The translations under genes were made by a program, and so were the position numbers. A stretch of 64,000 nucleotides of DNA from assembly GCA_028826165.1 (NCBI GenBank), contig JAPDFW010000033.1:434001-498000 (forward strand). The letters run 5' to 3'. Positions 52,301 to 61,861 of the stretch are shown here, one piece after another (positions within the stretch are counted from its first letter, which is position 1; every line of letters starts with the position of its first letter). A model generated the notes under the pieces. That model was not told where the DNA came from and made no database searches. It was given only the letters and a program-made list of their open reading frames with translations. Source of the DNA: Anaeramoeba ignava BMAN. Lineage: Eukaryota > Protista > Anaeramoebae.

Positions 52301-53101
52301 AATCAAATTTAATGAAAAATTAAAAAAACTGTTCCAAAACCAAAAATTTCAACTAAGTTTAAAAAATCACTTTGAAATGACAAAAAATTTCAAACATTTT
52401 CTAAAAATTTCAGTAACAAAAAAAAAAAGAATTATAAATATTTAAAATTATTTCTTTTTTTTTTTAAAAAAAAACTGAATTTAGTTTATTGCAGTATCAA
52501 AACTTAATTTGGAAAATCCATTTCTTAAAAAAGAATTTTTTCCTCAAAACACAATTCCATTTTCAACAAATTTGATTTCAAGTCTCACAATTGTGGAATT
52601 ATCATTATTAGTTGCTCTTTATAGACTTGAACATAATGGAATATCACCAATAAATTTCTTGATGATTTTTAATGAATACAGTCAATTTATTCACAAAATT
52701 ACAGGTGTTCTGAACGTATTTAATCGGATTGTTTGTTTAAAGGTTTGTTTTAAAAAAAATAATTAATAACTTAAAAAAAAAGTGGAACAAAAAGTGGAAC
52801 AAAAAATTTTTTGATTTATTTTTTGATTTATTTTTTGATTTATTTTTTGATTTATTTTTTGATTTATTTTTTAATTTATTTTTTAATTTATTTTTTAATT
52901 TAGTCTTTTGAAAATTTACTTGATCTTAAATTAATTGTAATGGATGAAGAACTTTCAAAAAAATCTATAAAAGATTTAACAAGTTTTTCAAAACAAATTG
53001 AAAAAGAATTTGTTCCAATTCGATTATGTATTGATTTGGGAAAAATATCTGAACTTTATCCAAATTGTCCTTTAACAATATTACAATGGATGAAACAATA
53101 A
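49351..53101 (+). CDS. ORC4: Origin recognition complex subunit 4 with repeat-expanded N-terminus; about 6 exons; several frameshifts in repeat tracts
   Basis: ENNSILLLGFRGTGKTS (Walker A), LIRLNGLIQ, IIFIIEEID (Walker B), KQNLIYFLFD, the ORC4 signature LELFEKRVKSRFSHR, and C-terminal SLTIVELSLLVA...NFLMIFNEY...SFENLLDLKLI. Confidence 0.88.
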
Positions 53102-53240
53102 GAAATTTAATAATAAATAAAAATGAAAAAATTTTTTTAATTTGAATTTTTTTATTAAATTCAAATAAACTTTTTTTTTTTTTGATTTTTAATTTTGTTT
53201 TGAATTCTTCTTTTTTATTAATTTTGTTTCTTGGAAATTT

Positions 53241-53657
53241 TCAAATATCATCACTTAAGCTTTCATCATCGACTTCCTTTTGAATTTGAGCATCATTTAC
53301 TTGATCTTCATCTGTTTCATTTACTGAAGAAACACTTTGAATTTCTTTAATAATTTTTTCCAAATCAGAATTATATAAATTTGTTTCTGGAATTTGCTCA
53401 TAATTTGTAAAATTAGCTTCACTTTCTAAGACATAAAGTGTAGAAGACAATTCATTTTTAAAAAGAAACTCTTGGATTAATTGCAAACAATGAAGTTGAT
53501 TTTCTGTCCATTTTTTTTTATTATCATTTTTTGTTTGTTCTTCTTGTAATTGAGAAAATATTGATTTGCGTAATTTTGTTCTTAGTTCATCAATAACTCC
53601 ATCTTTTTCAAGTGATTCATAAATAATTTGTTTCAAATTAGAATTTTCATTTTCCAT
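53241..53657 (-). CDS. FOP/FOR20 (CEP43/CEP20)/TONNEAU1-like TOF-LisH protein
   Basis: LKQIIYESLEKDGVIDELRTKLRKSIFSQL followed by the LisH motif LIQEFLFKNELSSTLYVLESEA; 138 aa from the ATG at 53657. Confidence 0.78.
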   Translation of the reverse strand: MENENSNLKQIIYESLEKDGVIDELRTKLRKSIFSQLQEEQTKNDNKKKWTENQLHCLQLIQEFLFKNELSSTLYVLESEANFTNYEQIPETNLYNSDLEKIIKEIQSVSSVNETDEDQVNDAQIQKEVDDESLSDDI

Positions 53658-53766
53658 TTTAAAAAGAATAAAAAGAATAAAAAGAAAAAAAAAATGAAAA
53701 AAATGAAAAAAAATTTTCAAATTAATTTTTTCATTTTTTTCTTTTCATTTTTTTTTAAAACAGAAA

Positions 53767-54195
53767 ATGCAAACAAATCTAACTTCTTCTGTATTTATTT
53801 TTTTAAAAAAATTTGCTTAAAAATTCTCTTCCTCGTTTTAAAACTGATATTTTTTTTTTCCTTTTTATTTTTTATTTTTTATTTTTCATTTTTTATTTTA
53901 GCTTTTTTTAATTAAAAATACACGTTCATTTTACTTTTCTCCAAAAATAAATTATCTTTTAATCAATTTGGGTGTTCAATTATTTACTTGTCCTTCTTTA
54001 GAAATTTCAAATATTTATAAATCAATACAAAATTCAAAATCAAATCCTCAAAAAAAAAATCAACAACAAAATGTACTTATAGAAATGAATGATTTTAGAA
54101 TTGAATTAGAACAAAAAGACAAAAATAAAAAAGACAAAAATCAAAAAAAAAATCAAAAAAATTATTTGGATTTTTTAGATGATTTTGACTTTTAA
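53767..54195 (+). CDS. Small hypothetical protein (~105 aa), exons 53767-53790 and 53902-54195
   Basis: ATG CAA ACA AAT CTA ACT TCT TCT|gtattt...ttttag|CTT TTT TTA is a phase-0 join into an open frame ending LDFLDDFDF*. It is preceded by TCATTTT motifs and lies head-to-head with the LisH gene. Confidence 0.55.
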
Positions 54196-54275
54196 AATTT
54201 TAATTTCATTTTCCAAAAAAAGAATTTCAAATAAAAATTTCAAAAAAAGAATTTCCTTCAAAAAATTTGTTTTTT

Positions 54276-57200
54276 TTATTTATCTTCCAAAATTTCATTT
54301 AAAACTGAATTTCCAAGAAGAAAAGAATATTCACTTTCTTCAATTTTTTGTGTTTCTTTTTGAAAGAAGTTTTTATGAGAATTTTGAATATTTGAATCTG
54401 AATATGATTTCATAAAATGATTTGAAGAAATATTTTTTTCAATATAATTTTCCTTTTTTTGAGAATTTCCATTTAAATGATTAAAATTGTTGTTTGAAAT
54501 ATTAAGATTTTTTAAATTAGGGAAATTTGAATTAGAATTTGAATTTGAATTTAAATTTGAATTTGAATTTAAATTTGAATTAGAATTTGAATTTGAATTA
54601 GAATTTGAATTTGAATTTGAATTTGAATTTGAATTAGAATTAGAATTTAAATTTGAATTAGAATTTGAATTTGAATTTAAATTTGAATTTAAATTTAAAT
54701 TAGAATTAGAATTATTTTTTGAAATGATTTCATTTCCAATAATATTTAAATTTATTGGTTGAGAATTTCCAATTTGATTATGAATTTGAGAAAAATTGTG
54801 AAATTGATTGAAGTTTTGTGCATAATTTTGTAAAGATGTTGTATCATAACTGAACGAATTCCCAAAAAAATTATGAACAGTATTGTGAATTGAAGAAAAA
54901 TCAAAATTAATATTGTTGTTGATTTTTTCATTTTGATTTAAATTTAGATTTAGATTAATTTGATTTAGATTTAGATTAATTTGGTTTTGACTTTGAATTG
55001 AATTTAAATTAAATTGATTAAATGTTTGATTAGAATTAGAATTAGAATTAGAATTAGAATTAGAATTAGAATTAGAATTAGAATTAGAATTTGGATTTAA
55101 ATTAGAATTAGAATTAGAATTTGAATTAGAATTAGAATTAGAATTTGAATTTGAATTTGAATTTAAATTTGAATTAGAATTAGAATTAGAATTAGAATTT
55201 GGATTTAAATTTGGATTTAAATTGAATTGATTGAAGCTTTGATTTGGATTGAAATTAAATTGATTGAAAGTTTGATTTGAATGTATTTGGGTTGAATTTG
55301 AAGAAAAATAGTTTGAATTGCTTGTTTGATATCCTTGTTGATGCTTTTGTATTTTCCTTTCAAGTTTTGTAAAATTATTTGTATGCTTAAAAGGTTTAAA
55401 ATTTAATTGATTTTCCTCATTTATAGTTGATTTTTGAGAAATTGAATGAAGAAGATTTTTGAAATTTTTTGGAATTGAATTTGAATTTGAATTTGAATTT
55501 GAATTTGGACTTAAATTGATTTTTGGAATTGAATTTGAATTGATTTTTGGAATTGAATTTGAATTTGAATTTGAATTTGAATTTGGATTGATTTTTGGAA
55601 TTGAATTTGAATTGATTTTTGGAATTGAATTTGAATTTGGATTTGAATTTGAATTAGGACTTAAATTGATTTTTGGAATTGAATTTGAATTGATTTTTGG
55701 ATTTGAATTTGAATTAATTTTTGGACTTAAATTTGAATTGATTTTTGGAATTGAATTTGAATTGATTTTTGGAATTGAATTTGAATTTGAATTTGAATTT
55801 AAATTGATTTTTGGAATTGAATTTGAATTGATTTTTGGAATTGAATTTGAATTTGGATTTGAATTGATTTTTGGAATTGAATTTGAATTGATTTTTGGAC
55901 TTAAATTGATTTTTGGAATTGAATTTGAATTAATTTTTGGACTTGAATTTGAATTTAAATTTGAATTTGAATTGATTTTTGGACTTAAATTGATTTTTGG
56001 AATTGAATTTAAATTTGAATTTGAATTGATTTTTGGACTTAAATTGATTTTTGGAATTGAATTTGAATTTAAATTTGAATTGATTTTTGGATTTGAATTT
56101 GAATTGATTTTTGGACTTATATTGGTTTTTGGATTTGGACTTATATTGATTTTTGAATTTGAATTAATTTTTGGATTTGGATTTATATTGGTTTTTTGAT
56201 TTGGATTTGAATTGGTTTTTGAATTAGTTTTTGAATTTTTGTTTGAAGTTTTTTTGATTTTGTTTGAAGTTTTTTCTTCTTCCAATAAATTTGATAATTG
56301 ATCAAAAAGCGAAATATCTGTGTTTTTTGGAGATGATTTGCGAGAATTTGTGGAGGTATTATTAAAAAAATTTCTTTGAGAAACAACAGATAATTCAATA
56401 TAATTCCAATTCATATATAATTTATCTTTAGATTGAAGAGCAGATTGGGCTTCATTTCGATCAACAAATGCAACTAAAGCTTCTCTAGGAAAAACCTTTT
56501 CATTTTCAGGTATTAAATAAACACCCTCTTTTTGAACTTTAAATTTTTGAAAAAAACGAAGAATAGTTGATCTTTGTGCTTTTAATGGGATATTTTTAAG
56601 TCTAAGAACTGTTCCTGATGTGAATTTACTAAGAAAAATTTGAACATCTTTTCTTTTGAACAATTTTCCTGAAAAGCCTCTTTCATGTGGTTTTGCAACA
56701 TTAATCACTTTAAAAGATATTCCATCAATAATTTTTCCTCTCAAAAAAGCAAATGCAATTGATAAAGTTTTATAATCCACAAAATTCACAAATGCACAAA
56801 AAGTATCACGAATAATATTGATACTAACAAGTGTTCCAAATTGTGAAAGTAATTCTGTAAGTTGTTTTTTTGTTGTTTGCATTTCAACATTCCCAATCCA
56901 AAGTGTTCTGCTATATTCAAATTTTCCATTTTGACCATAATATCCTGAAATCTCATTAATATCATTTTCAGTGAGTTGAAATTTTTGAATTTGAGTTTGG
57001 ATATTTTGGGAAGAAATATTGTTTTGATTTTTGTTTTGATTTTTGTTTTGATTTTTGTTTTGATTTTGATTTTGGTTTTGATTTTGATTTTGATTTTTGT
57101 TTTGATTTTGATTTTTAATTTGATTTTGATTTTGATTTTGATTTTTGTTTTGATTTTTGTTTTGATTTTGATTTTTTTTTTGATTTTGATTTTGAATTTT

Positions 57201-60200
57201 GTTTTGATTTTGATTTTGATTTTGAATTTGAATTTTGTTTTGATTTTTGTTTTGATTTTGATTTTGATTTTCAATTTGGTTTTGATTTTTGTTTTGATTT
57301 TGATTTTGATTTTCAATTTGGTTTTGGTTTTGATTTTGATTTTTATTTTGAATATGATTTTCTTGTTTGATTTCTTTATTAATTTCTTGATTTTGATTAA
57401 TAGGAGTATTTCTTTTTTTTGGTTGATTTGGAACTTTTTTTTTCTTTCTTCTTTTTTGCTTCTTTTTTAGTTTCTTTTTTTTTAACATCTTTTTTTGACG
57501 AATTTTTTCTTTTTTTTCTTTAATTAAAAGTAATCTTTGAGCTTCTTTTTTTTCTTTTTCAATTTTTTCCAATTCTAATTGTTTTCTTTTTTGTTGAGCT
57601 AATTTTTCTTCATTTTCCATTTTTTCAATTAAAGATCTATTTTCTTTGATTTTTTGAAGAATTCTTCTTTTTTCTGTATTTAATAATCTTTGGACTTCTT
57701 CAGAAATATTTTTCATCTCTTTATAAATTCTTTTTTGAGCAAAATTGTCAAAATAAAATCTACTCGCGATTCTTTTCTGAATATAATTAATTTTATACAT
57801 ATTTTCCATTCTAACTCGAAACAATTTTGCAATAAGTATTGTGAAAATTAAATAAGATTCTTGGAAATTTTGACTAAAATATTTCAGTTTTTTTTCATTT
57901 TCTGCTACTTGTTGATAATTTTTTTGCAAACTTTGCTGAACTTCCATTGAAAATGTTGGATCAATTTGGAAATTTTTCATTTCATTATCTCCTAATTTAG
58001 GAATTGAAAAATTGAAATTAAATGAATATGTTGATATTTCTTGAATACTTTTAAGTAATTTTCTCAAGTCATCAATTGAGTTATAAGATATTTTAGAAAT
58101 TGTTAAAAATAATTCATGTTTGTTTTTGTTGTTTGATTTTGCATTCTTCTTATTAATATCATCATTTTGAAGTGTAATAACATCAATCATTGGGAAAAAA
58201 TCATTCTTCACAATCAATTGTGAAATATTATCCAAAATTTGTTTTTGTCTTTCGATTCGAGATTCTATATTTTGGTCATAATTTTCCTTTTCCTTTTCCT
58301 TTTGATTTTGATTTTGCTTTTGATCTTCATCACTTTCATCTCCATCATTGATAGAAAAATAAAAAAGTTGTTCAGGTGATAATTTACTTTCAAAAATATC
58401 AAACAAAACTTTTTTCCTTTTCTCCAAGAAAAGTGAGATCAAATTGATTGTTTCATTTGCATTAAGCAAAAATACAGTCTGAATTTTTTGTTTTTGAAAC
58501 ATTTTCTCAATAAACTTTGAAATAATTTCTTCATTTATATTAATTGAATCCCAAATGTGGTTTTGAGATTTTTTATCCAATTTTTTTTGAGATTTTTTTG
58601 GGATTTGACGAACAAAATTTTCATCTTTAACTTTAACTTTCGTTTTTGATCCTTTTTTGTGATGATCTTGATTTTTTTCTTGTTCTTGTTCTAATTTGAT
58701 TTGTGCTTCAATTTCTTCACTTAATTGATGTGCACCTTTGTTATTTGGATCTTGTTCAAAAACATCTTTTAAATCTTTTTTATGATTTTGGTTTTTAATT
58801 ATTTTTATTAAACCAAATTGAATGATTTTTTTATTTGATTTTATTTTACATTTTTTTGCTAAAAATAATCGATTTAATAGGAAATAAGCTTTTGCTTTTC
58901 GATAAATTGATTTGATATTTTTTGGATTAAGTTTAATTGAAAAATTGCAGGATCGAATTGCTTTATGATATTGCTTTAAATTAAGAAAACATAATGCTTG
59001 ATTTGAGAATATAATTGATCTCTCTTGTTTAAATTGTCTTGGTGCAATTTCTAAAGATTTTGAATAAAAAGATAGTGCTTTTTCCCATTCTTTATTTTGA
59101 AAACAATCATTCCCGTTTTTTTTCAAGGAAAGTGCTTCTTTCATCTAAATTATTTAATGAATTAAATTCGAAAAAGTTGATTATATTAATAAATACATTT
59201 TGATTGTAATTATTTTTTTTAAAAAAAAAATAAAGAAGAAGATAATTTCTATAAATTTAAATCTCAATACTTTTTCAATTTGATTTTGGTTATTATCATC
59301 ATTATTATCATCATTATTATCATCATCATTATCTTTATCTTTATATTCGTCTTCACTTTCGTCATAATATTCATCATATTGACTATTTGAATCACTTTCA
59401 TAACTTTGATCTTTGCTATCATTCTCAGTATCATCAGTATAATCAGTATCATCAGTGTCATCATCAGTGTCATCACTTTCATAATCATCATCACTTTCAT
59501 AATCTTCATCATCATACGAATAATCTTCATAATCGTCATCACTATTATTATCATCGTCGTCATCATCGTCATAAGAATCATTTTGATTTTGATTTTGATT
59601 TTGATTTATATTTTGATTTATGTTTTGATTTGGAATTTGATTTTGATTTTGATTTTTAATTTGATTTTGGTTTTTATTTTGATTTTGATTTTGATTTTGA
59701 TTTTTAATTTGATTTTGATTTTTATTTTGATTTTGGTTTAGGTTTTTAATTTGATTTTGATTTTGATTTTGATTTTGATTTTTAATTTGATTTTGATTTT
59801 GATTTTTAATTTGATTTTTAATTTGATTTTGATTTGGAATTTGATTTTGATTTTGATTTTTAATTTGATTTTTATTTTGATTTTGATTTTGATTTTGATT
59901 TTGATTTTGATTTTGATTTTGATTTTGGTTTTGATTTTTAATTTGATTTTGATTTTGATTTTGATTTTGGTTTTTAATTTGATTTTGATTTTGATTTTGA
60001 TTTTGATTTTGATTTTTAATTTGATTTTGATTTTGGTTTTGATTTTGATTTTTAATTTGATTTTGATTTTGATTTTGATTTTGATTTTTAATTTGATTTT
60101 TAATTTGATTTTGATTTTGATTTTGATTTTGATTTTGGTTTTTAATTTGATTTTGATTTAGGTTTTTAATTTGATTTTGATTTTGATTTTTAATTTGATT

Positions 60201-61855
60201 TTTAATTTGATTTTTAATTTGATTTTGATCATCTTCATCATCTTCATCATCTTCATCATCTTCATCATCTTCATCATCTTCATCATCTTCATCATCTTCC
60301 TTATAATAATAAATATCATAATCATCAGAATCATCATAATCAGACTCGGATTCTTGAAATTCATCAATATTGTCATCATCATCATTATAATCACTATAAT
60401 CGGAATAATTTTCTTTATCATTTTCTTCATCAATATCTGATTCATAATCCTCATCATAATTTCCATCATTTTCATCATAAGAATCGGAATAAATCTCCTC
60501 ATAAACATTTGATTTGGATCTTTTTTTTCGGTTTTTTTCCCCATCAACTTCAAACCAAGAAAAATCCTTTTGTTTTCTCATTTCTTTTTGAAATTGTTTA
60601 CGAGCTTCATGATATAAAATTTGATTAATAAATTCGGGAACATTTCGAAACATTTCATTTTTTTCAATATCTTTTTGAATTTTTTCAGACATCATAAATC
60701 TTTTGTAATCTGGAGTTTTTATATATTTATGACATCGAATTGCATGCTGCAAAAATTTTAAAGGGAATTCTTTTAAATTTGGAAGCTGATCAATCTCTTC
60801 ATCAATTTTATTTGGTTTTTCCTTTTTCTTTTTGTGTTTGGAAATGGTTTTTTTATTTTCATCCAAAAAAGGAGAAGGTTGTATTATCAGTCCTGTTTCA
60901 TCAAGAATAAAATAATCGAGTAATTTTGTATCCAAACTATGATATTTTTTAACAGAAATTTCCGAAAGCAAAAGGGGAGGTTTTAATAAATTTTTTTGAT
61001 TTTGATAATTTTGAATTTGATTTTGATTTGAAAAATATTCAAAAGCTTCTTCAGATTTAATAAGAGGTGGTGGTGATGAAAAATAAGTTGTATCATTTGG
61101 ATTATTTTCAAAAATGAGATTTAAATCAATTGTTTGATTGAGAATATCCTCAATAGAGTAATCATCTTCTTCCAAATTATTTGAATTATTGGAATTATTA
61201 TTTTGAGAATTATTTTTCATTGAAATTGTTGTTTTCTTCAAAAATATAAGATAAACATTTGCAAACCAAGTGATAATATAAGGTGACATAAACCACAAAC
61301 CAAAATTATTCCAAACATAATCAATAGCTTCATTTTCGATATCTTGATTTTTAACCACAGGAAGAGTTGCAGGTAATTTCTTCTTCCCCAATAAAAACAA
61401 TGGAACAAAATGATTAAATGTAATCGCAATTTCTAAGTTTTGATTTGCTTCTTTGATTAAAATTTCGACTTGAGGATCTTCTATATTTTCAAGTTGATCT
61501 AAAGCAATTAATTCTGAGAAATGAATCATTTTTCGTTTTGTTTCATGATTCATTGCATATAATGAATTTTTTGGATCTTGATTTCCTTCATTTTTATCAG
61601 GATTAGTTTGAATTTTTGATTCCAAAATTTTAAATATATTGACAATTTTTAAAAAAGCACGAGTATATTTCCATGTTGTTGATTCATCATGAGAATATTT
61701 TATCATGAAGGATTCGACTTCTGTATATCTTTGAAATTCTAAAAGCAAAGTTACGACATAATTTCTAATTCCCATAATATCAATATGTGATAATTTAAGC
61801 ATTTCATAATATTCTTTTAAAGCCATTTCCTTATTATTGAAGCCTTTCCATAAAC
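54276..61855 (-). CDS. Very large protein (5' part outside window): ST7-like helical domain, acidic/NQ tracts, TPR triplet, coiled coil, two RRMs, N/S-rich tail; introns 59270-59145 and probably 58849-58775
   Basis: LWKG...ALKEYYEMLKLSHIDIMGIRNY...WKYTRA...NHFVPLFLLGKKKLP...EAIDYV...LW. TPR ALSLKKNGNDCFQNKEWEKALSFYSKSL...FSNQALCFL...KSIYRKAKA. RRM TLWIGNV...CAFVNF and a quasi-RRM VLRLKNIP...REALVAF. Confidence 0.75.
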
Positions 61856-61861
61856 CTGATT

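Noticed and set aside
8933-53101. Inteins in Ded1, AsnRS, ORC4 or other conserved enzymes
   Set aside because: The conserved cores are collinear with normal homologues. No C-x...HN-C/S/T Hint boundaries or LAGLIDADG motifs were seen, and the ORC4 insert is a simple acidic repeat.
970-61856. Non-canonical or U12-type introns, or a Trichomonas-style fused ACTAAC-acceptor motif
   Set aside because: All reconstructed introns are GT-AG, with no RTATCCTT donor and no fixed branch-acceptor motif.
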